From NCBI GenBank assembly GCA_918797485.1, contig CAKKNE010000006.1:806001-870000 (forward strand): 64,000 nucleotides of DNA. Reading direction: 5' to 3'. Shown here one piece after another: positions 39,886 through 50,818 of this stretch. The notes beneath the pieces were generated by a model that saw nothing but the letters and a program-made list of their open reading frames with translations, did no database searches and had not been told where the DNA came from. The position numbers were made by a program, and so were the translations under genes. This DNA comes from Pelagomonas calceolata. Lineage: Eukaryota. Position 1 is the stretch's first letter, and every line of letters begins with the position of its first letter.

Positions 39886-40863
39886 ATGATCGGCGGCTCG
39901 CAAGTCGCCTCCTGGGAGGTCTATCCCCGGAAGCACGCCGACCCCGACGCCAAGAAGCAGATGGCTGGCGCCGGCTCCACCACTGGTGAAAGGGCGAGTT
40001 TCAACTACGGCCATGAAATGAACTACACGAGTCAGATGACCGACGACATGAAATTAGCTTGCGGCCATGCTGCTTCTCGCGATCTAGTCGGCGAAGCCAA
40101 GGAAAGGAAGGAGCTGCGACAACGACTCAGTCGCCACAGTGGCCCTGTCGGTTTTAAAGCAGACAATTTACCGGTGGACTACTCGCAAGTCGGCTCCATG
40201 CCCAACATCATCTGGGACCGGGACCACCGCTCCCCAAACATGAAGGGCGACTACTACCATCGACCGAGACCCTACAGATACGACGACAATGGCGTATGTG
40301 CGTCTCGTACTACGATGCGCGACTGCATGGACGGCGGCCTCGACCCGAACGGACGAGGGGCCAAGTCGCCCGAATATAAAGATTACGATCCGAAAGAACT
40401 GAAAATGAAGTTAAGTCGTAATGTACATAAGGAAGGGGATGGGCACTGGTACGGCTACTCGAAGCGACTGTCCACACCACCTCGGTTCCCCTCACCACGT
40501 AGTAGAAGAGAAAAGGGCAGTCACTACGTCTCCTCCATCGGCGCGACGCTGTTTCCGAGTGAAGACAGGATCTTCGGCACGACGATGCGCGACTGCATGG
40601 AGGGCGGCGTGCATGGGAACAAGCAGAGTGAAATAGGTGCGGGGTCGAAGCCGTCGTACCCGCGCATCGGGCTGGAGTTCGATTACGAGCCCTTCTCGTT
40701 AGCAATGCCGTCGCATTTTGAAGATTATAAGGGTGGGAGGATTCCTGGTGAGGCTTTATTAGATTCGGCCAAGAGGGACTTCTGGAAGGTCGGGCGGCTG
40801 AAGTCGTTGGTGAAGCACCAGGACGGTAGTTCTCCGCCGGCGTCGCGCGACGGGCCGCGCTAG
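39886..40863 (+). CDS. Hypothetical protein with repeated TTMRDCMxGG motif
   Basis: 325-aa ORF with normal composition; acgatgcgcgactgcatgga occurs twice. Confidence 0.65.
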   Translation: MIGGSQVASWEVYPRKHADPDAKKQMAGAGSTTGERASFNYGHEMNYTSQMTDDMKLACGHAASRDLVGEAKERKELRQRLSRHSGPVGFKADNLPVDYSQVGSMPNIIWDRDHRSPNMKGDYYHRPRPYRYDDNGVCASRTTMRDCMDGGLDPNGRGAKSPEYKDYDPKELKMKLSRNVHKEGDGHWYGYSKRLSTPPRFPSPRSRREKGSHYVSSIGATLFPSEDRIFGTTMRDCMEGGVHGNKQSEIGAGSKPSYPRIGLEFDYEPFSLAMPSHFEDYKGGRIPGEALLDSAKRDFWKVGRLKSLVKHQDGSSPPASRDGPR

Positions 40864-41120
40864 ATAGTCGTCGTCGGGGTAAGGAGGGGTCGCGTTCTTT
40901 CTTGTGCTGGGGTTTCGCGAGGCACGACGTCGCGCCGATGGCGTAAATAAAAGTACTAGTATGTCGAGATGCTAGCATAGCTTGGGATTAGGCTCGCGCC
41001 GGTAGCGAATCCATACGCTGCCGATCGAAGGCGTACATTCCTCAGCAGTGGCGAGCGCCGGCGCAGCGGTCCGACGTAGCCGCGCGTCCCAGCGGCGCCG
41101 CCTCAAAAGCAACTCCTACG

Positions 41121-42912
41121 ATGCCAGAGGTAATAGAAGCCGCGGCCGCGACGAGCGTCGCGTCGGCCGGCGTCGCGGCGGAGGTGACAGCCGCGCCAGC
41201 CGAAGAAACGACAAATGACGAGCCCATGTTAACACCAGTGGAACAACTATTTCAAGCGATAAAAATGGGCGCCGACGCCGACGCCATCGTCGCGAAACTC
41301 ACAGTACCGAACCCCAGAGAACTAGTGCAGTCAAGAGACGCCCAGGGCCACACGACGGCGCACTGGGCTGCTAAGAGAGGAGAACCTTGGCTCTTACGAT
41401 TATTACTAGACAAAGGCGCGTCCGTGAGTGCCGCGAGCGAGGACGACGTCGGCATGCGGCCGCTGCACTGGGCGTGCACGGAAGGTAGGATGGCCTGCGC
41501 CCGACTACTTGTTGATCGAGGTGCTGATGTCAATGCGAGGGACAAGCAGGGCTGCACGCCGCTGGTCGTGGCCGCGCAGTGGGGGCAAGCCGATGCCGCT
41601 GCTTATTTAATTAAGGTAGGCGCCGATTTTCGAATTTTCGACCGGCACGACGATTCGGCTTTACATTGGGCGGCCTATAAAGGTAACGTCGAGATTGTGG
41701 GGTTATTGCACCACCTCGGTCTACCGTTAGATGATGCGGACGGCTACGGGCAGACGCCCTTGCATCTAGCATCTTTACGAGGCAATTTGGGCGTCTGCGA
41801 ATATCTGCTGGTGGACGCCGTCACAACCACGAAGACGCGACTCGACCCGGTCGACAAAAATCAGAAAAGACCAGTAGACCTCGCGACGGAAAAAGGCCAT
41901 AGACACGTCGTCCAGTTCCTCAACAGACAAAGACCGGTCTGCGAGCGGGGTGTCAAAGCGTTCGTCCAGGACAACATGTCGCTGGGAGCGTGCATCCGCA
42001 TGTGTATTGCCGGCGAGAAGGCGCGGTTCCCCTGGTGCGCCATGGTCTGTAACAAGCTCCTGGCGTCGTTCATCTACTTCTTTCTATTTCTCAACGCGGA
42101 GTTTAATCCGGATAGTGATAAAGGCGCGGCGACGCACCCGTTCGACATTCCCGTGGCGCGCTGTGCATGAATCAATTCACATGCACCCGACTTACTGGTT
42201 GATTTGTGCACAGGTATGGGTCCACGCCGCCGCGTTTAACCTACATGTGGTGGTCTGGTGTTCGTTTATTTTATGTTGGTTGGGCGATCCTGGAGTCATA
42301 AAAGGTACTACGGCCGAAGTCGAGTTAACGAAAGCTTATGATGCTTATTTTGATCGACTCGTGACCGGAGAACGGGACGACGACGCGGTACCTGTCAAGC
42401 TCGACCATTCGTGCCACATCGTACGACCTTTGCGGTCGAAGCATTGCCGCGTCAGTAGGCAGTGCGTCGTCGGCTTCGACCACTACTGCCCTTATGTGGG
42501 GACCACTGTGGGTTTGCAGAATTACCGGTGGTTTTATCTCTACTGCGTGTCGTTCACGCTGGCGGCGCTGCAGTGGGAATGTCTCGCTATCTCATACGTG
42601 AAGACATACACGGTGTCGTGGCTATTCTACGGGGCCATGGCGTGGTTCGTTTTGTTTATTATGTTCGGCTTTGCCATGATCACCTATCACACTCAATTAG
42701 TATTGTCGAACCTAACAACAAATGAGCACATGAACATGGGCCGCTACGAGCACTTCCGGGATAGCAATGGCATGGTGCGGAATCCCTGGGACTGCGGTGT
42801 TCTCGGGAATCTGAGCGACCGGTTCCTGCCGCCTCGCGTGGACGACCTGCCTGTGGTCAAGCACTCGTTCATGGATGCGGACGTGAAGAAGCCGCTGCTG
42901 GCGAAGGCCTAG
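41121..42912 (+). CDS. Ankyrin-repeat DHHC palmitoyltransferase (Akr1/ZDHHC17-like); join(41121..42152,42214..42912)
   Basis: Ankyrin repeats (PLHWAC, SALHWAAYKG, TPLHLAS); RPLRSKHC..CVVGFDHYCPYVGTTVGLQNYRWF; NLTTNE. Confidence 0.92.
42153..42213 (+). mobile_element. Short family A-related TIR intron (61 nt), inverted orientation
   Basis: GT lies exactly 8 nt before ctgtgcatgaatcaa...ttgatttgtgcacag; the TSD has decayed; joins DIP-VWVHAAAF. Confidence 0.75.
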
Positions 42913-42973
42913 GTCTTTCTAAGAATTTTTACGATTAAACGATGCGTCGACGGCGTGAGGAGGAGGGGGCGTC

Positions 42974-44194
42974 TCACAATTCGTCCGAGCCACCGGATGA
43001 CGGTGGGAAGATCCGCAGGAGGTACCTGTTCTTGGCGAAGACGTCGTGCTGGTCGAAGGCGCCGGGTTCGCGCGTGACGTAGTGGTACCAGATGCGATTC
43101 GAGTAGGCGTCGGGGTGCTGCCCCGGGATGTTCAGCAGGTCGACGGTGCCGACCGGGCCCATCGTGCCGTCGGGGTGTGCTCTCATCGCCTCCGCGAAGG
43201 GGTTCAGCCCCCGGGACTGCTCGGCGGGTTCGACGCGCCAACCGCTTGTAGGATCCAGCCCGCTTGCATCCAGCCCGCTCGTGCCGGACGCGAAGAGCCG
43301 CCGGGTGAGCGTGTCCTCGCCGCGATGCGCCGCCGTGACGAAGATGGGGAATCTCGCGTCTTGGTGCCGCTCGCCCTCGTAGTGGACCTGTATTGCCCAG
43401 AGCAAGTTGAACGTGTCGCGCCAGAGACATGTATACGGGAGAAACCTGCCCGTTATTTCCGCGTCGAGTATCTCCTCCCGCGAGATCGGCTTGCCCCGCC
43501 GGACAGCGCAGCCGTCGCCTTCCCACGTCGCGTCGTAGAGACCCGGGTGCTCCGCGAGCCACAGCGTCGGGGGCTCCCTAAGCCATTCTTCATCGGGTAC
43601 GTCAGTCATATAGAAGTGGTAGGACATCTTGTGCGTCGAAACTTGTAGCCACCCGCCCTGGAGCTCGAGGAGCTCGTGCTCTTTGACCTCGGGGCCGATG
43701 AGCTGCAGGTGCACGCGTTCGACGCGCGGGAGAAACACCCGCAGGTATGTCGCGAAGATACTGAAATATCCGTCGTGCGGGACGCCCATGTCCTCGCGCC
43801 AGGACGCAAAGCCGGCCAGGTGTACGACGACGGGCGCGCTCCGCTCCTTGAACGCGTCGTCGCCGAGGGCGAGGCGCAGCGCGTGGGCGATGGTCGCCGC
43901 GCCCGTGTACTCGGTCGAGGTTTCGAGCCACTCCATCTTAATCGCTCGGTAGAGGATGTCATTTTTCGCACGCGCCTTGAATTCAACGAGCGCGTCGTCC
44001 CAGTTGTCGACGAGCGGGTTGTAGTCGTCCGGGATCGCCTTGGCGCTCGCGGGCCTCGTGTTCCACAAAGCCGCGCATATCGCAGCGGCCGCGACGAGAG
44101 CGATGCGGCGCCCAAAGTTGTGAGCTTGGCCCCCGCGGCGGCGGCGCCGTGCCGCGGCCGCAGCTTTGGCGCCTAGCGATCCTCGCGCAGGCAT
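42974..44194 (-). CDS. Hypothetical secretory-pathway protein with MSS51/ZMYND15-C-like domain
   Basis: VVVHLAG, VHLQLIGPEV, YHFY, EHPGL, NPF pattern; N-terminal TM segment; ends SDEL. Confidence 0.55.
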   Translation of the reverse strand: MPARGSLGAKAAAAARRRRRGGQAHNFGRRIALVAAAAICAALWNTRPASAKAIPDDYNPLVDNWDDALVEFKARAKNDILYRAIKMEWLETSTEYTGAATIAHALRLALGDDAFKERSAPVVVHLAGFASWREDMGVPHDGYFSIFATYLRVFLPRVERVHLQLIGPEVKEHELLELQGGWLQVSTHKMSYHFYMTDVPDEEWLREPPTLWLAEHPGLYDATWEGDGCAVRRGKPISREEILDAEITGRFLPYTCLWRDTFNLLWAIQVHYEGERHQDARFPIFVTAAHRGEDTLTRRLFASGTSGLDASGLDPTSGWRVEPAEQSRGLNPFAEAMRAHPDGTMGPVGTVDLLNIPGQHPDAYSNRIWYHYVTREPGAFDQHDVFAKNRYLLRIFPPSSGGSDEL

Positions 44195-44423
44195 GTTTCA
44201 GACGATCCTCAGGAGTCAAAGCTTGTAGTCTAAGAGGACTTAAGTTTCTTCCACTAGGGAGTAGCCGGCCGCAGAGGTTATTCAGTGGGTTGGCCTGGGT
44301 GTATCCGAGAAGCCGTGGTAGAACGGGACGCGTTTTATGGGTGAAAGCCGCACAAACCATGCAGCAAAAACCCGTCTTGCAATACTTCCACAACTCTAAC
44401 AAAACTCCACAAATAAAAACTTA

Positions 44424-47400
44424 TCAAGGCTCCCCAGCCACCGACTCGTCCGCGACCACGGTATCGACCGCCAACTCCCTCAATCTCGAAAGCACGGCAA
44501 GCTCCCTCATCCGATCCAACGACGACGCGGCCCCGTCCGCCAAATCCGGCGCCGCCACAAGAACGGCCAAACATTGAGCTCGGGACAGCGCCACATTGAG
44601 CCGTCGCACGTCCAGCACGAAGGCCACGCCCCGACCGCCCGACGCGACGCTATCTTCATCGTCATCTTGCTGGGACGGCGGCGCACATAGAGAAGCCACA
44701 ACCACGGGCGCCTCCCTCCCTTGAAACCGGTCCACGGTGCCCACGCGGACGCGACGGATCCCTCTCTGTACCAAAGCCGCTTCGACGGCCCGGACGTGCG
44801 CGTTGTAGGGACATACGACGAGAATATCATCGGTAGACAGGGGACGCGACGAAGATCCGTCTTCCAAATGTCGCTGGAGCAATTCAGCGACCACAGAGGC
44901 CACGACGGCCGCCTCTTTTTGGTTGGACGTCGACGATCTATAAGAACCATCATCAGCCACGTCGACGATAGCCAATCCAGCACAAGCTCGCAATAGACCC
45001 GTGCCCTCGGACAGCACCCTTTGTTCAGCGAGGGGGTGCGCCTTTAGTTTGCCGTTATACATGAGCTCGGAAATAGCGCCACAGAGTAAGGGGTGCAACC
45101 GATACGTCACGCCCAGAAACACACCTCGATCCTCGGACAACTCCTCGCCGCCGACATAGTGCTCGAGGCACGATGAAGCGCCTCCCTCGTCGTGCGCGCC
45201 CCGACAGGGTGCGGGCAATTGCGCCTGGTCTCCCAGGAGTACAATTCTAGAAGCACACGACGCCATCGCCGCGAGGTTCGCGGCGGGCACCTGGCCCGCC
45301 TCGTCGACAAACAAGTAATCGAACGCACCGACGGCGTCGTCCCTTGCGAGGGCCCAGGCCGTCGCGCCCAGCAACACGGGCAAGTCCGTATCTGAAAGTT
45401 CCTTGGCGAGCTTCGCGTCCCAGCGCGGTTTGGTGATCACGTTCGAACGCTGGGCCAGTGCGGTTTCCGGATCGTCACTCGAGGCTCGTCGTCTCGAACC
45501 GACCTTGACGCACATTACGTCACAGTCGATCTTATCCAACGCTTTTGAGAGGCAGTGGGCGATGGTCGCGTGGCCCGGCGCGGCCACGGCGACGCGCTTG
45601 CCGTCCCTCATGAGAGCAGCTAGCGCTTCTGCCGCTAACCGTGTTTTTCCGGTGCCCGGCGGGCCCTGCACGGCCAGCACCGAACCTTTTTGTAATGATC
45701 GGATGGCCTCGACCGCCGAGCCGTCGAATGGTTTTAACAGATCACCTTCAGTCTTCACGTCGACAAAAGTAGGTCTTTCACGAGACACAAACGACCGCAA
45801 CACACTCGTAGAAGACGACTCCAATAATCCGCGAAGATTCCTGGAAATCGCCGCCGGTAGCGGCGCGGGATTGACGTAGTCGTCGGGAATGATAGAACAC
45901 GTGTTAGGTACCTCGTTGCATAGTACTTGTACTTTGCCTCTCACCAAATCGACGTCGACAATTGACGCCCTACTCGACGTGAACGCCTTGTCATCTCTCA
46001 GAGCCACGGCGTCGCCGCCCTGCAGCTTCGTGATTTGCGGTGTACTAAACGACAGTTCGAAGACGGACCGCGTGCCCCGCTTCACCGGCTCCTGCACGAG
46101 TGTCGGTTTCGAGCACCCACCTAAGCATCTTTCATCCTCACTCAGGTCCCAAGCAGGGGCGTCGAGCCAGTCCCGTCTTTGTCTCCACACCGGCCTTTGT
46201 TCCCGCCTATGATAATCGACCCAGGAAGACGCCACAACTGGTAACTGGGATCGTAGTATGTCCTCCTCGAGCAGGTCCTTTTCCTTATCCTCCTCTGATT
46301 GAGGTAGAGCCTCCTCGACCTCCTCCTCTGAACGAGCGATGGGAAATGCTTCTCTGATCCAATCGACTAACTCGGCCGTCGACTCGCAGTCGTCGCGGTT
46401 GTAGGCCACTAGCTCGTCCAATAACGCCGGATTCTTGTCAGCTAGCCACAGCTCGTAGCCTACCACAGACCCGACCGCATCATTAACTTCCGAGTTGTTC
46501 CGTTTCCCTCGGTAGAGCTTCTCGACGTTCTTGAGCGAGTAGCGCGGCTCTCCCACAAGCAACGTGCGCTTCACTACCGAGTACAAGTCGACGAAGGCGC
46601 CCCTCGCGCCCAGCGATTCGAGCTTTCGTTCAAGCTCAGCGTCGCCAGCGGCGACGCGTCTCAAAGCGCTTCGTTCATAAGCACCGTAGTGGTAGGCGTG
46701 GGCTCGCCCCTCGCTCGCCTCGAAGCGCTGCTCTATCGACTCGACGAAGCACCGACACGCTTCTCGTTCAGCGATAGCGTCATGAGCCCACGCCGCGTCA
46801 AACGCCAGCGTCCCGTTCTCTCTGTGAGCGATGCCCCACAGGTACTCCCTACCTCTCGGACCGCCTAGCAACGGGTCGCCTTCCAGGTCGAAGTAGCAGT
46901 CTAGGGGATGTTCTTCGGGTAACGGGCAGACGCGTCGCGGTTTGTGCTCGTTCAGCAGAATGCGCCGGACGTCATCAGCTCGCAACCCTTTCGGCGAGAG
47001 GGGCCACCAGGCCACTCCATTATCATTTGATCGCTGGAGTAACGCCTGGGCCCGCAATCGACGTAGCGCGTCTCCCCTGACACCCGGTATGCGTCTCGAG
47101 GGCTTCAACTCGGCCAATTGCTGGCCCGTGGCCACGCCCTCCCGCTTCAGAGCTCGCGCTTGCCTCGACGTTAACCCGGCACACGCCGTAAACAAGTCGT
47201 CGCGCTCCACTAACAGCTGAGACGCTAAGGAGGCCCACCGGCCATGCGCGTCTTTGGGCGCGTCGCCGCGCGGTAGAGGCGCGTTCTGAACGACCCAAGG
47301 CTCAGGACAATCATCAAAACGGTCCGCGAAGCTCAAAAAGCGGCCTCGCAAGCGGCGCCAATGAGCGGCATAGGTCGGTAGATGTATCCTACGAGTATGT

Positions 47401-48044
47401 TCCAACGGCGCGCCGCCACCTAACACCAGAGTAGCAAAAGGTGAGACATCAACGTCCAACTCTTCTAATAATTCAGCGTAGCAGCAGAGCTGGGCGACGT
47501 GCGCCGGCGTCGCGGACCGCGAGAGCTTTGCGTCGAATATCGACCACTGACTCCCCTCACGAACGAGGAAGTCCGGCGCGCCCACGAATCTATCTGTTGA
47601 TAATGGAGCCTGGTAGATGATGTCTGCATTTGTATGTAGCGCTTCGAGGGTCTCTGCCGTGCCGGTCGCGCGGAGTGTTCCACCACTCAAATCGACTACA
47701 CTTTTGTCTCGGAACAATTCTTTCGAAACCTGCCGCTCCCAGGCGTCGCCCTTCCGCGCTAATAGTAGGGAGAAGCCGTCCGGCGGGTCTCTTCGTGCTT
47801 CCAATCGTTCGCGGTCGGCACCGCTCGCCGTTGTTAGTGCGGCGTCGAGCCAGGCCGCGAAGGGCGAGCGCGAGAAGCGCAGCACGGACGTCGCCGACCA
47901 CCTTGTCTCGCGCAGCGCTTGCTCGTCCTGCGCCGCCGGCAAGGCTGATTTCCGGCGCAGCGCAGCCCTCTGGATGCGCTGCAGCGCCCGCGCCGGTTTC
48001 AGCCAGGCGCACAGCATGAGCAGTGCCCGCAGAGTCCTGCGCAT
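44424..48044 (-). CDS. TM0106-type RecB-like nuclease + RNase H-like + SF1 (Upf1/DNA2-like) helicase
   Basis: GAPDFLVR..DAKLSR..QLCCY; YFDLEGDP, YHYGAYE, FVDLY, YSLKNVE, YNRDDC; QGPPGTGKT, VDEAGQ, GDQAQL, GTVDRFQGREA, RLNVALSRA. Confidence 0.88.
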   Translation of the reverse strand: MRRTLRALLMLCAWLKPARALQRIQRAALRRKSALPAAQDEQALRETRWSATSVLRFSRSPFAAWLDAALTTASGADRERLEARRDPPDGFSLLLARKGDAWERQVSKELFRDKSVVDLSGGTLRATGTAETLEALHTNADIIYQAPLSTDRFVGAPDFLVREGSQWSIFDAKLSRSATPAHVAQLCCYAELLEELDVDVSPFATLVLGGGAPLEHTRRIHLPTYAAHWRRLRGRFLSFADRFDDCPEPWVVQNAPLPRGDAPKDAHGRWASLASQLLVERDDLFTACAGLTSRQARALKREGVATGQQLAELKPSRRIPGVRGDALRRLRAQALLQRSNDNGVAWWPLSPKGLRADDVRRILLNEHKPRRVCPLPEEHPLDCYFDLEGDPLLGGPRGREYLWGIAHRENGTLAFDAAWAHDAIAEREACRCFVESIEQRFEASEGRAHAYHYGAYERSALRRVAAGDAELERKLESLGARGAFVDLYSVVKRTLLVGEPRYSLKNVEKLYRGKRNNSEVNDAVGSVVGYELWLADKNPALLDELVAYNRDDCESTAELVDWIREAFPIARSEEEVEEALPQSEEDKEKDLLEEDILRSQLPVVASSWVDYHRREQRPVWRQRRDWLDAPAWDLSEDERCLGGCSKPTLVQEPVKRGTRSVFELSFSTPQITKLQGGDAVALRDDKAFTSSRASIVDVDLVRGKVQVLCNEVPNTCSIIPDDYVNPAPLPAAISRNLRGLLESSSTSVLRSFVSRERPTFVDVKTEGDLLKPFDGSAVEAIRSLQKGSVLAVQGPPGTGKTRLAAEALAALMRDGKRVAVAAPGHATIAHCLSKALDKIDCDVMCVKVGSRRRASSDDPETALAQRSNVITKPRWDAKLAKELSDTDLPVLLGATAWALARDDAVGAFDYLFVDEAGQVPAANLAAMASCASRIVLLGDQAQLPAPCRGAHDEGGASSCLEHYVGGEELSEDRGVFLGVTYRLHPLLCGAISELMYNGKLKAHPLAEQRVLSEGTGLLRACAGLAIVDVADDGSYRSSTSNQKEAAVVASVVAELLQRHLEDGSSSRPLSTDDILVVCPYNAHVRAVEAALVQRGIRRVRVGTVDRFQGREAPVVVASLCAPPSQQDDDEDSVASGGRGVAFVLDVRRLNVALSRAQCLAVLVAAPDLADGAASSLDRMRELAVLSRLRELAVDTVVADESVAGEP

Positions 48045-48227
48045 CGACTGCCCGGAGCGGCGCGCCTGGCCCTACTGCAGAGCCAGCTGTAAAGGTCGCT
48101 GCACTGCGGCCCCGCGGTCGGCGATGCGTTCACAGCGACTGCAGAGCTTCGTGAGGAGTGCGAGGTATGTCTCAAGGCATCATAGCTGGCCAGTGGCGCG
48201 GACGCGGCCAGCCAAAACTCAAATTAT

Positions 48228-48252
48228 CTAGCGGCATGTAACACACTAGCAA
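48228..48252 (+). promoter_or_regulatory. Recurrent upstream motif copy
   Basis: ctagcggcatgtaacacactagcaa. Confidence 0.6.
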
Positions 48253-48402
48253 TTTCGGCTTTTAGGCGTTTGGTAGCCTGTAGGGGCTCCGCCCACTAGT
48301 TCTAGCACCGTAACAATTACTTGGTAGCCTGTTGGCAGGTTCCCAGCTCATAGAACTCGACGCGCAGTTGAGAAAGACAAGTGTTAAACCGCGCCCACGG
48401 AC

Positions 48403-49080
48403 TCAAGCAGGATGCAACCCCGTCGGGTGACTTCCATGAATACCGTGCTCGCGCTTCCTCCTTCCAAAACCGGGCTCGGCCTTGGCACTCTGCGCTTCGA
48501 GCTGGGCGTCGACCTCGGCGATGCGCGCGAGGATGTCGGCCTTCTCTTTTTGTAATTTTGCGTACTTGCGCTCGACGCGCGCCGTGTCCCAGTCGCTTCT
48601 TACTGTTTCCAGGATATCTTCGGACCTAGCGCTTTGCGGAGGGGGCACGTGGATGTGGTGGCCGGCGTAGGAGCGCTGGGACTTGGGGATTTCCGTCGAG
48701 GCCGTGGACCGGGCCGTCCGAGCTGTCAGCCGCGCCGACGCCGGCACGGAGGAGCGCGCAGTGTGCTGCCCGGAGCGGGCTGACGCCGGCACGGACCGCG
48801 CTGTTCCAGGGTTGCTCCGCAGCGCCGACCGCACGCTGCTGCGGGCGGATCCAGGCGGCTGGGCCGCGTTGTGCGCTTCTAACGCCTCGCGCGTGAAAAA
48901 GGGCGGCTTGAGCGGGCCGGACACGTCGAGCGCGACGGCGTCGCAGGACGTGTCGCGGGGCGTCGGTCGCCGCACGCCGCTCGGCTTGGAGCGCGCGCCC
49001 TCGGCGGGCCCCCGCAACCTTTCATCCTTCTTGTACTGCTCGCGCAGGGCCGCCAGGCCGATCGTGTCGTCGTGGTACAT
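48403..49080 (-). CDS. Hypothetical low-complexity protein with (S/T)ARS repeats and a coiled coil
   Basis: ATG ORF; SVPASAR repeats; KYAKLQKEKADILARIAEVDAQLE. Confidence 0.6.
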   Translation of the reverse strand: MYHDDTIGLAALREQYKKDERLRGPAEGARSKPSGVRRPTPRDTSCDAVALDVSGPLKPPFFTREALEAHNAAQPPGSARSSVRSALRSNPGTARSVPASARSGQHTARSSVPASARLTARTARSTASTEIPKSQRSYAGHHIHVPPPQSARSEDILETVRSDWDTARVERKYAKLQKEKADILARIAEVDAQLEAQSAKAEPGFGRRKREHGIHGSHPTGLHPA

Positions 49081-49576
49081 GTTGGCGTACGCGATGCGGC
49101 GCCTCGTGTGGCTTGGGAGCTGCCTAGATGCTGCCCAACTTTGCCTCTCTGCCTCGCTATGGAACGCGGGCTTCTCGGGCAGCAGCGACGCGTTCGTTGG
49201 GTCCAGACGACAGTCTGGCGCACTGTGTGCTGAGCCTTTGGTTCGCAGGGGCCCCGGGGAGCGCCGCGCGATGCGAAAGAGGCAGGCGCTAAAGTTTACC
49301 CACTGGTCTCATTTCCCGCGCGGACCCGGCGTCTTGCACGAGTCCTGCGAGGACTCCTCGTGGCGCGCGCCGAGGCGTCGGAGACGTCTCCTCACGCGAC
49401 CCCCGGCTGAGGCAACGCTGGGCAGCGCCGCTAAATCGGGCTGCCTGGACGCCGCGCGCGGCCACAGACAGCAGATCAGATACTACAACAACTCGACGCC
49501 ATCGACGCGGAGCGCCACAGCTGCCCGGACGCCGGACACTGCTACAGAGCAGAGTGGTCCTGGACAGCGCGACGCC

Positions 49577-50701
49577 ATGGCGGACGCCATGGCCATGCAG
49601 CAACAGGAGGAGACCATGAGCCGCACGATGTCACCGCGCACGGAGCTGCCCGGCTTCCAGACCATCGCCGAGATGCAGACCACGCAGCGGACGAGCATCG
49701 GCCTTTGTGAAGACACCCCAGTCTACATCAACCCCGCCGCGGAGACGCTGCAGCGGACCATGCCCTGGGGCGAGGAGGTTACGGATCGCTGGTCCCAGGA
49801 GTTACCGGTGCTGACGACGGCGATTGAGATCGCGGCACCCGGCGCGTATCGACTGGAAAAAGACGAGACGGGGAGAGTCGTGTACTCCCCAGTGAAGGCG
49901 AGGAAGGCCCCCATCGCCGAGGCCAAAGCCACGAAACGAGCGGCCCCGATCCAGCAACATATCGAAGGCCTGAACGAAGAGATGACCAGTCTCGAAGCCT
50001 CTACGCGTATCAGAAACGAGGAACTGCACCGCCATCTAGATGCTATTCGCCAGCGCGGCGCGAACTGGGAGGCGAAGCTCAAGCTCGAAGTCCAAGCGAG
50101 AGACGAGGCCTCGAAGATGCTCCGAAGTCATTTTGATACGATTCTCGAAGAAGCCACCACAGAGGAAGAATCAAACTTAATGAAAATGATAGAAAGGTTC
50201 CACGGAGAGTTGATCCCGGCGCAAGAAACTAGACAAGCTAAACTGGAAGATGATGTGACGGAGTGGGTCGACATCACGATACCTGAAACTATTGATAGAT
50301 TGACCGGCGCGATCGCTCGCAAACTCCAGAAGGCGCATGATACTTTTGATATCGAAAATGCAAAGATCTTGAAACGAGAACAGAAGATTACAGATAGGTT
50401 TGCTCACCACATCCAGCGGTCGGCCCAGCTCTTCGAGGACGAGCGGGCCACGCGCGTGGCGAAGTTCCTGACGCTGGACGAGGACTGTAGAGATACGGAG
50501 CGGCACGACGACCGGGCCGAGGAGCGCCACATCGCCGCTATTCATCACTCCATCGTCGACGTCCAGAAGCTGCTGCAGGAGGCCTCTGATTCTAGAGAGC
50601 GCGAGGACAACACCCTGCTGGACTCGATGATCTACGCCCAGTCCCAGCTGCAAGCATCCGTATTGAAGGCGTTCGGTTCACAAGCGGCTGCGGAAGAGTA
50701 A
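49577..50701 (+). CDS. SF-assemblin/beta-giardin-like coiled-coil protein
   Basis: Long segmented coiled coil ending E..SREREDNTLLDSMIYAQSQLQASVL. Confidence 0.65.
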   Translation: MADAMAMQQQEETMSRTMSPRTELPGFQTIAEMQTTQRTSIGLCEDTPVYINPAAETLQRTMPWGEEVTDRWSQELPVLTTAIEIAAPGAYRLEKDETGRVVYSPVKARKAPIAEAKATKRAAPIQQHIEGLNEEMTSLEASTRIRNEELHRHLDAIRQRGANWEAKLKLEVQARDEASKMLRSHFDTILEEATTEEESNLMKMIERFHGELIPAQETRQAKLEDDVTEWVDITIPETIDRLTGAIARKLQKAHDTFDIENAKILKREQKITDRFAHHIQRSAQLFEDERATRVAKFLTLDEDCRDTERHDDRAEERHIAAIHHSIVDVQKLLQEASDSREREDNTLLDSMIYAQSQLQASVLKAFGSQAAAEE

Positions 50702-50818
50702 CACTGTGTTAAAACTAACCCTCAGATTAACCCTCGTCTGCGGGGCCCCAATGGCATGATTAATACTTACGAGTACTACATACAAGCAGGCGAATTCAGG
50801 CTTTGGGCGGGTGCGGCG

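Noticed and set aside
42478..42489. DHYC instead of DHHC
   Set aside because: A known functional variant in Akr1-type palmitoyltransferases, so not novel.
44424..48044. The nuclease-helicase as the autonomous transposase or Helitron driving the introner-like elements
   Set aside because: It has no hAT DDE, BED or dimerisation motifs, no HUH Rep or Pif1 motifs, and no flanking TIR.
48270..48332. Direct repeat ttggtagcctgt
   Set aside because: Two 12-bp copies only, with no element structure between them.
48683..49576. N-terminal 298 aa of ORF 48683..50701
   Set aside because: It has a non-ATG start and is antisense to the 48403..49080 gene; the protein-like sequence begins at ATG 49577.
50715..50734. 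Telomere-like taaccct twice
   Set aside because: Only two non-adjacent copies in a 3' gap; not an array.
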